From: Takakia lepidozioides
Lineage: Eukaryota; Plantae; Bryophyta
Reading direction: 5' to 3'
Assembly (NCBI GenBank): GCA_030704615.1
Contig: CM060732.1
Location: 61,752,001-61,816,000, forward strand
Length of the DNA: 64,000 nucleotides
Shown here piece after piece: positions 36,383 through 49,879 of this stretch (positions are counted from its first letter, which is position 1; the number at the start of each line of letters is the position of its first letter). The translations under genes and the position numbers were made by a program. A model generated the notes under the pieces. That model had not been told where the DNA came from, ran no database searches, and was given only the letters and a program-made list of their open reading frames with translations.

Positions 36383-39044
36383 AAAGTTCTCCGTAAAGTG
36401 CCAAAAATTGGGGACGAGTACCCCGAGTTTGGCCAAAAGTGGGGATGAGTTACCAAACTCATACAAAGGAAAAAAACACGGGATGAAACTAGTTTTCTCA
36501 CCAAAACTGGGGTCGAACTAGTTCATACCCAGTTTGGGTTTTGCCGAGCTGCACGCCCTATGACACCGAGCGACCTACGAGCAGCAAGCTGTGAGACATG
36601 CAAGCTGCACGAGCGTGACAAAGTGCAACAGCTGCGAGCTGCGTTGGTATGGGGAGAGTCGTGAGCTGCCATAGCTAATGAGGAGGAGCTTTATGGCGTG
36701 AAACGAGGATGCAAAGGTGCCGCCACAACCGAGAAAGGAGGTCGTCTTTGTTTGTAGACGAGTTCCTAATTTCTGTATGGATGCCACACTGGTCTTCTTA
36801 TCCACTTTTCCAAAAGCAATGTTGTCACATGGGTCAGGTTTGCCACATGGGAGTTTTCCATGACTGTTTGGCATAAATGGACATGGTGATGATGCTGGGA
36901 ATTGATGAAATTGATAGTTTCTAGGGTTCAGGTTTGCAAGTGTAGATTGGGAGGATTCAAAGCACTGAACAACGCATATGGATGGTCATATTGACGATGA
37001 CCTACTGCAATATGAGAACAATGCAGGGAATTGGCAGTTTATGGAGTTTGATCCCATGGAAGATGAAATGCTTCGTGAGACTAGCATAGAGAGTGAACAT
37101 GCCAATGGCAAGCTCCCTGTAAAGCGCAAAGCAAAGGCTACCCGGAAATATCCAGCCCACAGACTACTCGTGGAGTCCTTGCATCTCAGCACAATGGTGG
37201 CTGCCTATAACCCTCACTTTGCTATTTACAGGAGGGATAGAAAGCAAGTTAATCAATTGATTTCTAGTGCTGTTTGGAAGACGGTTTATGCAAATTACAT
37301 AGAATAGTACCCTGATTCTTAGTTTCAAGAAGACACCCTGAAGGACACCCTAATGGGAGACCTTGGAGGAGTTGAAAGCAAGAACTTATAATGAGGAGGA
37401 TTCAGAGAAGGCAGTGTTGCAAAGTGCCGAAATGTTGGCATGTTTGAAGACCACAGATGGACATGCCACCAAGAATGTTCTAAAGAGGAGACAAAGTTTT
37501 ATAGATGGGGAGAGGCCAGTTCTGTTCGATCCTCTTCACATTCAATCTCATGCAACAGTGCCTACATCCACACCTGCTTCTAGTTCTACAGCTGCAAGAA
37601 CCGAAAAATCAATGACAAAGACTAACATGCTGTAGCAACAATAAGAGCAGCGATGGTCTGGCAATTTCAAGAGTCATCTGAGAAGCGAGATGTTTTATTA
37701 ACTGCAAAGCTGGACATCAGTCATCCAAAGCACAATAAGGTGAAGATTGATAATCTGAAGACTGCTAGAGATCTAGGTGTATAAATTAGTGATAAGGAGT
37801 TCAAGTAACAAGTAAAATAGATTCTGAACTTGTAGCTAAAAGTCTCCATCCCATCCAAACTCTGTTTGGTCTCCAAGTTATTCACCGATGACCTTCAAAT
37901 GTGAAATCAAGACGTCTTATCTGAAGAAAGTTTGTGAATAAAAATGCAGCTTGAAATAGATGGTTGAACTTTGGTTTTGTAGAATCAAATCTCTTCATTA
38001 GACGTCTCCACTTGCGCTTCAGACCACCAATTCCCCACTCCACTCGGACTCCGCAATAGCCAACATGCATCTTGTTATAAGTCTTAATGGCTGACTGATT
38101 AGCATCTGGAGCTCATTTATGTCTCCCAATCCTACGCTTTACGAACATCTCCTCACCCATATAGCCTGGATCTCCTAATAAGTACTCAAAGTACTAATCT
38201 TTACCTTCATGTACAAAATGCTCACATTAGTTCTTGTAAGAATCAGAGTGCCGCAGGATGCTCACATCATGGAAAGATCCGGGATATCCAAGGTCGATAT
38301 GAATGATCAGTCATATATTAGTGATCAACAATAACCGTGTTATTCATGGAATACGTTCTTTTCGACCATTAAACCAACTATTGTGCTCCTCATTTTGCCA
38401 AGGTCTCCGAATCTTCACCAAGGTACCCCATCAATATGTCCAACACAACCGGGAAATTCAGCTATGTGCTGGGATGATATAGCTTGTTCTTGAATTGTTG
38501 GCCACCGAATCTCGTTTGCAATTGTGTGGTTCACACATGAAGCTATGAAAATTGAATCATCACATACGGAAGTCTTTGACCAATTTCAGAGGAAAGAATC
38601 AAACGTGGTCACATTATCATGCTTCATATACAAGATGAAATTCAAGAGCCCTTGCTAAGGGGTCAACTTTGATGGACGACCTGCAAGACTTTCACCCGTA
38701 GATCTAGCATGAGACATGAATATCGTAGGTACCACTAGTACTGCACTTAGCTCATCAAATTCTTCTAGTATGAAGTTGGTCAAGGTCTTGAACAACAAAG
38801 GCATGGCTTTCATAGTAGCCAAAATGCCTCGAGTACCTACATTGGGATCGACTGATTGTTGAACCTCATCGTTGAGCTTGTTTGCATTAAACATGTCAAC
38901 AGAATTTGCAGCTGCAAGTGAGGAAGCAATGCTCCACAGTCTTGAGGACTTGTCAGTCACATAGAATATAGCCGGATGAAGAACTGTCTGAAATGTAATC
39001 AAGTACATGCAGGATACGATTGACGTGTTTCCATAGGAACCCAC
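36383..39044. mobile_element. Decayed Harbinger-related (PHIS) element: + ORF at 36978-~37834 convergent with a DDE transposase at 37882-39040 (-)
   Basis: Terminus ATT|AAAGTTCTCCGTAAAGT. Transposase motifs GCVGHID, GYPGSFHDVSILRHS, YLLGDPGY, RVEWGIGGLKRKWRRL. The right end was not found. Confidence 0.8.
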
Positions 39045-40260
39045 TAATTCTTTGTTGCATGATCTTTCCTCCAGACATCATCCCATGTAGTGTTCCATCT
39101 GGTTGGACAATCTGTCATATGTGACCATTTCCTGGACCATTTTAAACCCATTGAAATGGCAGGCTTGAGCAAAGAGTAGCCCATTTTGACTAAGTATGCA
39201 AAAAAAAGGATCGTGCTTCTTGTTTTCCAAATCCACTTATAATACATATGGATCAAACTGCAGAAAAGATACAAGGGCCGTAAAGAACCATTGCAGATTG
39301 GGATTGGTGTGGAGCAGCCGCTTGTCAACAGATGGATTTACTTCTCATGTTGATATGCAAAAGACTCTAATTGCATAGAGCCGAGATTCATTCAACTAAG
39401 AAAGAACTGGGGAGTTCAACAGTCCAGTAGAGGAGATCAACTGGAATTTTCATTCGTCTACCATAGTTCCATCACGACTAATAGCAAAGAATGCTATTTT
39501 GGATGCCAAATCAGAGCCCAACCAAACAAGTAACTTCCTAATATTAGATGGAAATGATGTAAGAGAAATGAGCTCATAAGATCATGAGTGAAAAGATCCC
39601 AACCAGCTTTGGCCCTTCGCTGCAAAAGATTGTAAGTGACCTCGTTGCTCCAAATATTGCTCCAAATGAGTGACCATTCACTCATAATGCTCATAATGCT
39701 CCAAATAAAGCAAAATGCTCCGTTGCTCCAAATATGAGTGAAATGTGAAACACTATCACTTTCTAGTGAGCCCACCATATACCATTTGACAAGTCTTCAA
39801 AATCCCTATTATAGTTTCCAAATAGAGGTTATCTGAGTCTTGCTCCCCGCGAAATGGGAGGTATTCTCTGAGATAGAACAGACGGATTTTAATCCATGAG
39901 AACGAAATCGAGCATTGGAGCCAACACTAAGAGAAGTGTTGGAAGATCTACCTTGGACAACCCATCTAAGAGAATGAGGCCAGATATATACTGCGGAGAT
40001 GAGGTGACATTTAGAATATGGTGCCTTACAAGAAGGCTCTATGGAATGGAGAGGTGAGAAAAAACCCTTGGTGGTTTGTCTTGTTGAGGTGATGCATGAA
40101 GGGCGGCGTGTCTGCTGGTGTTGGTTGGCCAACTCTGGGGACCCACTTGGCCAGTAATGCGCATATCTGCTTTTCAAAGATCAATTATGTCCAGACACGG
40201 GGCCATGTTTCTTTCTTTGAGAAATTTGAGTCCAATTCACTAGGGCTCTTTGGATAGGTC
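39045..40260 (-). mobile_element. L1-like LINE ORF2 post-RT fragment, decayed
   Basis: W-rich fragments (SKTQITSIWK, WNTTWDDVWRK) typical of plant L1 C-termini. Confidence 0.45.
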
Positions 40261-41699
40261 TCGTGGAAGAAGCTCCCCAAATGAAATTCCTTACTAACCT
40301 TTTATTTGTTTGATGTTTAAGCCCTTGGTGATCACACCGATCAGGAGATAAACCAACAGGAAGCCAACAGAATTTCAGCGTAGCTACGGTGTGAGCCTAG
40401 CCCCGTGAGCCTGTGAGCTAGGCTCACACTTCACCCACCAAGCGTGAGCCTAGGCTCAGGCTTGCTAAGCATGAGCACATGGTATTGTTATAAAGAAAGA
40501 GGGCATATACTTGAGGATATAGATCTAAGGGCCTATTACCGCGGAAAAAGACCAGAATGACCAGAAAAGTTATGGAACCCTTCAACTCTCTCGTCCCGAA
40601 TGGTCAAAACAATCCTGTGAATGTTGGAGAAAGAGCGTCGGTAGCGTTTTTTGCTATCTTTGAAGTGCACTTGACAAAAATGGTGTGGCGGCACTATTTC
40701 TACAAAGAGTTCTCCAGGGATGGTGGCATCAACAAGTCAAATGATTTCGACAGCCAACTCAACGGGGAAGTAACTGTGATGAGGGTTGTCTACACGTACA
40801 ATTTTTTCTTACAAGTTCATTTCTTTATAGATGGCACATTGAAGATGTGAAGCAGAGGGGAAATCCACGATTGTCAACGATCGTGGATATTGCGGATTGT
40901 GGATAAGAGTTCAAATGTACTTTACAATTTGCACATTCAATTTGCATATTTCCTCCGCCTAACACGAAATATGTGATCAAGTCATGCGAGCTACGGTAAG
41001 GACTAAAGTCCATTTGTCATGATCATGGCAGTATCTGTTGGTCTGTACTCATCTTCATGTTGGTGAAGTTGGGGGCCAAGGATAGGAGTCTGTATTGCCT
41101 TGCAGCAAAGAAAGCCACGATCGTTAATGATCGTGGTTTTGGCCTCTGCATCTAAGGCAAAAGCGGCAGCGTTGTCATTATGATTTTATGATAAAAGAAC
41201 CATAATCACAACGCTGCCGCTCTTGCACCACTAAGTGATCAGGAGATTCATAAACGCAACATATAGGCATTGGCCGCGGGTGAGCCTATCAAACGTGACA
41301 CTCCGTAGAAGACAAAAATGGACAAGCGGAAACTAAAAGAGAATGAGACTGAGCAACTTGTGGCCCAACAATCTACCCCTCAACGGTTGGACAACAATCA
41401 GACTGATGCCCAGAAAGAAAATGGATTACCTCAGCCAATGGAGCGTTCATATGATGTCTGTCCCCACCCTGTGAGTTGTTTTGCGAAACCAATATAAGCT
41501 TGTCAACGAGAGCTTCCACATTGGGGCTAAAGTGTATTATTGATGTGCACTCGATCCACGTACAATCATGCACACATACCTCTTTGACATACTCTAGAAA
41601 AATTCGTTCATTTCCAATTTCATCCATTTCCACAAAATAAAAAATCGAAGCGCATGAGTTTTGTACGTAGCCGAATACATCACTGTTTGTCTCGATGTT

Positions 41700-43064
41700 A
41701 ATTTTGACAATGTCATTCACTACAAATTAGAGATAAGGTGTATTGTTGAAGAACCAGCGTAAGTATCTTAGAGATATCTTAAAGCGCTATGGTATGGTTG
41801 AAAGCATGCCAGTGAATACCCCGTTTGTTCCAAATTGCAAACTTTATAAAGAGATGATCAGTCCTAGGAGTGTTGCAGACTTGGAGACAATGAGAGATAT
41901 TCCCTATTAGAGTGTTGTGGGAAGTCTCATGTATACTATGGTCTGTACTAGGCCGGATATTTTGCACAAGTAGTGGGGGTCGTGAGCCAATTTGTGGCTA
42001 ATCTTGGGCAACTCCACTGGGTTGCAGTAAAGCGAATTTTTCGTTATGTGAGAGGCACATTGGACTATGGTCTATGCTTAAGAAAGAACAATGATAATGT
42101 TCGATTGGACCAAGTGGGTTCAAATGGTATCTCAGATAGTGCCTACAAGAGCACAAAGCTTTACGGCGATTGTGATGAGATTGGGTTGGTAATGTTAATG
42201 ACTGCCATTCTACATTTGGCTATGTTTTTATGCTAGCAAATGCTACTGTTAGATGGAGCAGCAAGAAACAATCTACAATTGCTATGTCCTTAACTAAGGC
42301 AGAATATATGGATGTAGACAACCAGCATGTAGCCCAGTGGTAATGGACACATACCACGTTGGACGTGGTTGTGGGTTCAAACCACGGTCCGGTGTGGTCA
42401 TCCACAGAGGGATATCATGGTCATATATGATGACAACCAAGAGTGTATTGTTCTCTCAAAGAATCCAACTTTTCATGCTCGCAAAAAGCATATTGAGATT
42501 CATCATTTGGTATTGCGAGAGAAGAGATTCATCATTTGGTATTGCGAGAGAAGACTGAAGCAGGAGGTACATTGCAACACCAACAATATGGTTGCAGACA
42601 TATTGATAAAAAGACTTATTGCTGAAAAGCATGAACGCTTTCGAGGCTTGATGGGAGTAGTTAGATGTTAAACTTGATAATTTACTTAGTGGGAGTGTTA
42701 GAAATCAATTCCTTATCAAGTTACTTTTATTCAGAGCTATTGTGATGACAAGTCAGACTGCAATAATAGCAGTGTTGACAAGTCGCAGTTAACAATAGAG
42801 GTAAGCCTCAGTTAGCTAAAATTACCTTCAATTATTAGTGACTCAAGTTAGAATACCAAAATAGCAGTTGGGGAAACTCAAATTGAGCATGCAGTTATGC
42901 TATAGTTATCTCAGCTGTGCTGGAATAGACTTGAGTATATATAGGGAGAGCTTGGAGGGTAAATACACAGTTTGCTATGGTTCTATATGGTTAGGTGGAG
43001 AGTTCTCAGTAATAAATTTCATCTTTCGTCTCTATTCTCTGTTGAATTCCAACATTCTTCAACA
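41700..43064 (+). mobile_element. Copia 3' remnant (RT/RNase H), PPT and 3' LTR from 42696
   Basis: GVVSQF...HWVAVKRIFRY, DNQECI.LSKNPTFHARKKHIEI, AGTGGGAG|TGTTAG. LTR end is approximate (43054 or 43064). Confidence 0.85.
42321..42410 (+). mobile_element. tRNA-derived SINE head, 3'-truncated
   Basis: A box TAGCCCAGTGG (42330-42340), B box GGTTCAAACC (42374-42383); homologous to 48782-48943. Confidence 0.65.
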
Positions 43065-44428
43065 TTTTTTGACCCATTTTTTGAGTCGAAATAGGACAAT
43101 TTTTGCCAAAAAAAAAAACACTAGTCACTGGCCTCATGGTGAGATTAGTTTTTCCTCCTGTCGTTCTGAGCTTGTTCTGAGTTTTATTAAAACATTAAAA
43201 AATGTAGTTGGCTCGAACTTTTATTTTTTCCAACTTGCCCTCTTAGCATTTTACTTTTTTGCCAAAATGCATTTTCAGGATGGAATGTGCATATCAATCA
43301 GATTCATGTAATTTAGATGAAATATTGATGCACATCCATCCTCAATTGATGAAATGCAGAATATTTGTACCAAATTTCACTTTTTACTGTAGGTACAATT
43401 GCATAATTCTTTTGGATGAAAAATCCCTGGCGTCAGACAGATTCATGGAATTTACTATCGGGAATTTTATCCTAGTTTCATCCCCTGCCCACACGGCTTT
43501 GCCAAAACATGCCTAGAAACATGCTATGCCCAGCTGCCCGTCCAACCAATGTGGCCCTCAATGTGTGGCTGGGGGCTGCCACTGTATGTGTGTGCCTATT
43601 TGAGCAGCTGGACCACCCAAATGCTGCGTTGGGTGGGCTGTAAAAATGTATAATGTAAATTACAGATTCAATATGTGTGGAAAGCTGCCATTCCAGGTTG
43701 CAGTTTACCTTTTAAACTTTACCTTCATTTAGACTAACTTCAAAAAGTTACGAGCTGTTAGCCTCTTCCCTACCTAATACTACCCTTTGCCCCCTCCCAT
43801 GTGAGGAACCCCTGCTGTGAGCGAAATGAAAATACAAACGATAATTCACAGACGGATCCAAGTTACAGAAGGGGAGGGGTTTTGTTCTGACCGGCACAAC
43901 TCTCTCAGTGCACACACACACCGTGTGCCCGTCCCGTCACTAGCATCCTCCACACCTTGTTATTTGGAGAGGAGCATATGAATTGCCAACAGATAACTTT
44001 GAGAGAGAAATCTTGTCAGAATTGCATACTTGAAAGAATGAGAAATTTCAGTGTTATACAGAGTGGCTAGTCTCAGAGCCTACCAAATGATACAATATGC
44101 CACCATTGAATGTGCTAAAAGTTGGGCCCAGTAAGTTTAGACCCAAGTAATGACGGTCCAGGGAGAGTGATTTGCTGCCTGCTAAAGAATCATCAACAGT
44201 TCTTTTTCTTCACGTAAGATTCCCTAGCTCTAGCCCAAGGCAGTCTCTTGCGGTCCTGTGACACATGCAAATCACTGGAAGTTGAAGGTCTGGGTGTGAG
44301 AGGGAGGTCGACCCCACCCTAGAAACTGGAAAGAAGGGTTTAATTGCTAAGTACTCTCTTCCCATAATGGTCCAATATGCACCCCCTGTGGTTTACCCCA
44401 ACATCTTCCTCCCCAACTAGTGTAGATG

Positions 44429-46949
44429 TTAAAGAAGTGCCCCTTTCAGACCTCCCAATCGCTTGCGAACTTCGTTGGCAAGCTCAATGATTTCTTGCTC
44501 GACACAACCTGTTTCGTGCCCACATACATTTCCAGTTTTCTGTCAGGCCAGCATATGAAGGGCAATTGAGTTGAAGAGTTTGGCCTCTGGACATCTTTTC
44601 AGATTTCTATTGAATCTGTCGGCTTCTCAGGAAGCACATCACAGTTGAGCTTCTAAACACTGGTAAGCAAACATTAAGTCCAATGCAGAAAAGCACAAAT
44701 ACAAAGAACCTACAATTTTGACACATCTGCATAATATAAGGCGTCAAACCTGATTAATAAAGCCTACAAACAAGAATAGAAGAATACTTACCAATTTCAG
44801 AAAGAGCTGCTTCCAGCCGAAACAGGTACTCATAATTTGGCCCTGCTGGACCTACGGCCTTCGCAATTTGGCTGCCAAGTCCACTGCAGCTATGAGCAAC
44901 TCAAATATCTACCTCCACCTACAACCCTTTTCATATTCTTTCACCATACCTCCTTTGGAATACTGTGGCTATAAATTCAAGTCAATGTAACAAGTTGCAG
45001 CAATCTGGTAATGCCTAACCTGCCTCACAAGAGGCTTTGGTTTAAATGGGTAAGGAATGCTCACCTGGCCATGTCCTCAAGAGGAGCAGGGCCCAAATAA
45101 TACTGATTCTTTATAGTGTTGGGAGATCCAATATACCTGTAAACCACATTTTCAAGAGCAGATTCAGTCCTCTTGCCCTACCCCAAGTGAACAGATTGAA
45201 TGCTTCACAAATGTTGAACAATGGAACACTGCGTCAGAACACTGTTGGGTGACAGACTGATGAATACTGTTGCCTCCCAACAAATAAAGGCTGTAAGCAT
45301 CAAACTTCTGTCAAGAAGTGGGCATTGAGACTTACACAAGAACACTGGAGATAGCTGGCTTGCAAGTTGAATTGACCTGTAACGAATGCAAGGGTGCCAT
45401 TAAAACTTCCTGCCATAAAGACTGTTTACAAACGCATACTCCCACATGTTGTAACATCAGAAGTCAATGAGATCTTCTACCTCGTTGTGCTCTCATACCT
45501 GACATGCATTGTGCATGTACTTTTAGCTGACAACTGTCTATATTTGGGCCAACATGCAGCGACATGCCAATATACGTCCCGTGGGAGTGCGCAATAGTGC
45601 ACATACCGTGTAAAAATCAATGTTGGCCCGCACATCATACTCGAACTCCCTTAGCTCCAAATACTGAAAGTAAACAAACGTGGCACGATAAGTAAAAAGA
45701 CTCCAAATATATGCTATTCTTACATGATCAAGTCAGCTTCAGTTCTCAAAAGTAAAAAACAAGGCAGCTTCCTATGTGTCAAATTAACATACAACTGACT
45801 CCATTGGCATTCACACAACAATTCACAGTGTACAGAACACTGACAGCTCAATTGAGACTTGCCAAATTGACAAAGTACTCAGGAAACCTACAGATAAGAC
45901 GAGCTGCTCCTCATCACGCCCTGACACAGAATACGCAGTCCCCCACTGTTCCAGCAAAAAAGCGATCAGTTAGTTGGCTTGAACATTGAGAAACGACAAA
46001 CACATGGCATTGTTCTTGAAATATGGCAAGCACTGAGTGCAGGGCACCAGTACAACTCAGCGTTTAAAGCACAGGAATATGATGGATGAGAACTCAAAAC
46101 AGGAGTAAAGCTGTAAGCAGAATAATTGGTACATGTCAGTCAGATGAACATTGCCAATTCCACATAGTACTAAACCTGGTCTGCCATAAAAAATTGATAA
46201 TCTATGGAACAACCACATTCATCATTCCAAACAGGGATAACATGAAAGCAACTGGCAGACCAGGCATCTTACATGGAGACATGAGAAACAGAACTACCTA
46301 TCGTTGTGAAAAGGGCAGGTGTTTCAGTAAAACCAAACTCACAGTAATAGCCCCCTCTTGTGGCTCAAGGGTGACTGTCCTCCCAGGGTATTCAGGTGTC
46401 CCTCGATGATCTGTGCTGGCTGCAGTAGACAGAAAGAAAATGTAAGACTGGTGGGGAAGGGGTAAGATAGTTAACAACATGTGGGGCCCAACCATCTTCA
46501 CAAGGTAATCCTAATATCACATCCACCCTCTTTTCAAATCCTGTTCACAACCAACCCACCCCCACAGTGAGGGTAACAGCAGTACACTGATTTTTGAGAC
46601 GTATATCAGCTGCAAAGGCCCCTGCATCAAGGGATGCATTTCATACTGTGGCACTGGCACACTCCCATAGAACAAAACTAAGTTCAGACCTTATTAAATT
46701 CCTCTTCACACAAGTTTGTTTTACTCCTATTCAAAAGGTTGGACAATTCTGTCTACTTTCTACAAGGTTGGACTTCCACATAAAAAACTGACTAACTGGC
46801 GTGAAGCTATTATCTCTCTTATGTTTTCAGGATGACATACCTTGGTAAAATACTCGTCGATATCCTTTGATGTAGCCGACTATCCGCTCGTCATAATTGA
46901 AGCCTGCCTTCCATACTAAAGACCCATAGCCGAACACCCACAGCACCAT
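44429..46949 (-). CDS. GGCT2: ChaC-like gamma-glutamylcyclotransferase (glutathione degradation), 8 exons, 189 aa
   Basis: Exons 46949-46841, 46419-46343, 45945-45892, 45663-45607, 45376-45336, 45136-45065, 44871-44792 and 44508-44429, all GT-AG and in phase. Protein [13 protein letters not shown]...[17 protein letters not shown]...YLELRE...[14 protein letters not shown]. Confidence 0.95.
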
Positions 46950-48333
46950 CTCGTCTCTTGCTCACTACTCTGCAAAGACACCAATACATACTGTCATCAT
47001 CCGCACATCAATGTTGTTCGTGAGCAATGTTTCAGGCTCTATAAACCTTCAGCATTGGAGGCTACCGCGACATCCTAGGAAGGAATTGCCTAGCAAAGAG
47101 ACATGTGCCCACTAAACAGATCCATAAGTACAGGAAGTGTGAGCCGACTCCTTTGCGACGTGTTGCAATTATTTCCTTCGTCTATTTACTGAAGGGTCGA
47201 AGAAGACAAATTCTGACAAGAACATTACGCGCAATGCATAAGAATTGCCGTGGAGAAGATCTGAAGAAGATGGCACTTTAATCTATCATACTTCACAGGA
47301 TGCAGCGGCAGGCTTGCCCAGGCGTGGGAAAATGATCTAGAGCAATGAAGCATACCTTGCCAGGAGTTGAATGCCACTTCAAACCTTCTTTCTTGTGAGA
47401 GAAGGAAGGATGGCTTGCAGCGAAGTTCTCTCTCCGGAACACAGTTTATGACTTGGAAAACGGGTTCTCCTCCCAGGGGAAACAATTGCTTGTATAACCT
47501 TCTTGCCGAGACGCGCTCTAGGCCCCGGTCGAATGTCAGCTAGAATATCGCTTCCCTGCTAGCGTACATTGCTTACCATACTGCTTACTCTTTACGAAGC
47601 ACCAATTCTACCGCCTGTAAGACTTCCACTCGGCTATAGAAGTCTTCCTTGTATAAGTATAAGCCGGCGCTTCGTAAAAGCGAGACAAATATGTCCCTTG
47701 CCAAGCTTGCTCTCTGCGATGCCAGGGAACAACCGCTCGCAAGCCTGAGTGCTCTGGCTGATACATCCGGCCTGACGGACGCTTTTAAAAGTAGGGAAAA
47801 ATCACCATCATGGCCATGGCAGGGAGCTCCAGCCGCACTCAGACTTCGTGGAAGAACAGGATTTTTAAACAATATGTTATGACTAAAATAATAGTAGTTC
47901 TGTACCGAGACAGAGTGAAGATCCCGACAAGCTGGTCGTCCGCAAGCACCTCACTTCATAATTGTACCCCTAATACAAGGGGAGATGCAAATACTCCGCC
48001 TCCACCGACTGCTTAGTCGACGACACCGGAGTACAGACCAACTTACCGCTGCGGGCCAGACTAGGAGCATAAGAAACCAAAGACGACAAGCAACCACAAT
48101 TGTCTAAGGAGACCCTAGGTGCACAAAGCCGCGTGAGATGAGCATCACTGCACAAAGAAAGCTGCCTCACGGCGCCGTCCTATGATACAGACTTTCCCGT
48201 GCTTTTCGTCAATGCAAAGAAAGAGATCAGAGAGCTCCAATTGAGCCTGCGAGAAAGCTCAATAAACAAGAGAGGCGGAGCCGAGCCACGCCAAGACTGC
48301 GTCCAACTTACCACTCACCATTCCCCAGCCTCT

Positions 48334-48548
48334 CCTTACTAAGCTCGACTAATCTTCCCCAACCTTAGTTAGCCTTTCCTTACTAAGCTCGACTAATCTC
48401 ATCCAACCTTAGTTAGCCTTTCCTTACTAAGCTCGACTAACCTCATCCAATCTTAGTTAGCCTTTCCTTACTAAGCTCGACTAACCTCATCCAACCTTAG
48501 TTAGCCTTTCCTTATTAAGCTCGACTAATCTCATCCAACCTTAGTTAG
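48334..48548. repeat. 44-bp tandem repeat x5
   Basis: CCTTACTAAGCTCGACTAATCTCATCCAACCTTAGTTAGCCTTT starting at 48334, 48378, 48422, 48466 and 48510. Confidence 0.95.
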
Positions 48549-48781
48549 TGATCGCACTATGGAACACCAAATGCCCATGTAATCAACTATCAGCTACAAC
48601 ACATCATTTACCACCCTGGACACATCATAGTAAATCCCCACTAAATCAACCACTAGTGCTTGTACAACCACTACAGTAGTGAACAAATAGATGATTTATT
48701 GATGAGTGAATATTTATTATCAATAGTAAATATGTATATCGACCATGTCCTCAATAAATCAACCTACTAGTTGGCACTTAC

Positions 48782-48943
48782 ACATATATGTATGATGCCT
48801 CCCCAAGGAAACGGAAATTATGGTGTCTCTTGACCCCAAAGGGCTACTGCCTTCCACCGGGAAGGTGGACGCCTTTGTGATTGTGATACGAATCGGTGGA
48901 TCGAACCCAAAACCACTTCTGAGGTGGTGTGTGCCCATTACCA
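48782..48943 (-). mobile_element. tRNA-derived SINE (5'-clipped in the A box) with a LINE-like structured tail
   Basis: Perfect 11-bp TSD TTGGCACTTAC (48771-48781, 48944-48954); B box GGTTCGATCC; tail motif shared with the LINE 3' end. Confidence 0.8.
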
Positions 48944-49480
48944 TTGGCACTTACGTTGTTAGTTGTTACGGCCGGCCTTGTTGGCACCACTTGTGTTCTT
49001 GGCGCTGCCGGCCTTATTGTTATTGTTATTGGCACCAGTGTTTGTTATATTTAGATAATAAAATCAATCCATTTCACAATTGGAGCTAATTACATTTTCA
49101 AACATATAGTCTATAGTCTTTCTAGTTTTATGTATGCAATACAATATGGTACATTGAAAATGACAAGAATGTGACAAATCAAATTAAAGAAGATTATATT
49201 ACATCTTTTATAAATATAGATAAACCTTCACAATTCAATGTTCATTTTTTTTGGTACCTTTTCATTATTGTATAGATCATTTATGTATATATCGTAAAAC
49301 CAATAAGACCTTATATTAATATATAGGCTGTAAGATGTGTAGACCCAATAAATGACATATGCATATAGTTAATATATTAAATATTTTCATGTATTTATAT
49401 AACAATCAACATCACAGCAAAAAAACTTAAAAACAAAACAAACAAACAATAGCACGTCAATTATAAATGTTTTAAATATT

Positions 49481-49879
49481 AAAGTTATCCGTAAAGTACC
49501 ACAAACTAGGGGTGAGTACCCCCAATTTGGCCAAAATAGGGGACGACTTACAAAACGGGGGTTCAAACTAATTCATAGAGAAGAAACAGACGATGAAACT
49601 CGTTTCTCAGCAAAACTCGGGATCAAAGTAGTTTGATATCCAATTTGAGTTTTACCGAGTTGCACGGGCTTGAGCGGGTTGCGAGACAAGAGATCAAGAA
49701 TAGAGAGTTGCTACAAGAGAGGAACAGCATACTCATACCCAATTTTGCAAACTCGTCCTGTAATTGGCTAACTCGTACTGTATTTGGCTGACTTTACTTT
49801 TGCACTCAAACTAGGATTGAAACACGAGTTGTAGGTCCAAAGTGGGGCCCAAACTCAAGATGACTTTATGGATAACTTT
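49481..49879. mobile_element. MITE of the ATT-target Harbinger-related family
   Basis: ATT|AAAGTTATCCGTAAAGT...ACTTTATGGATAACTTT|ATT. The first ~190 bp are homologous to 36383-36560. Confidence 0.88.

Noticed and set aside
42321-42410. Functional tRNA gene
   Set aside because: A and B boxes are present but there is no proper acceptor or anticodon arm; it matches the SINE at 48782-48943.
48334-48548. CRISPR array
   Set aside because: Units are head-to-tail with no unique spacers, there are no cas genes, and the context is eukaryotic.
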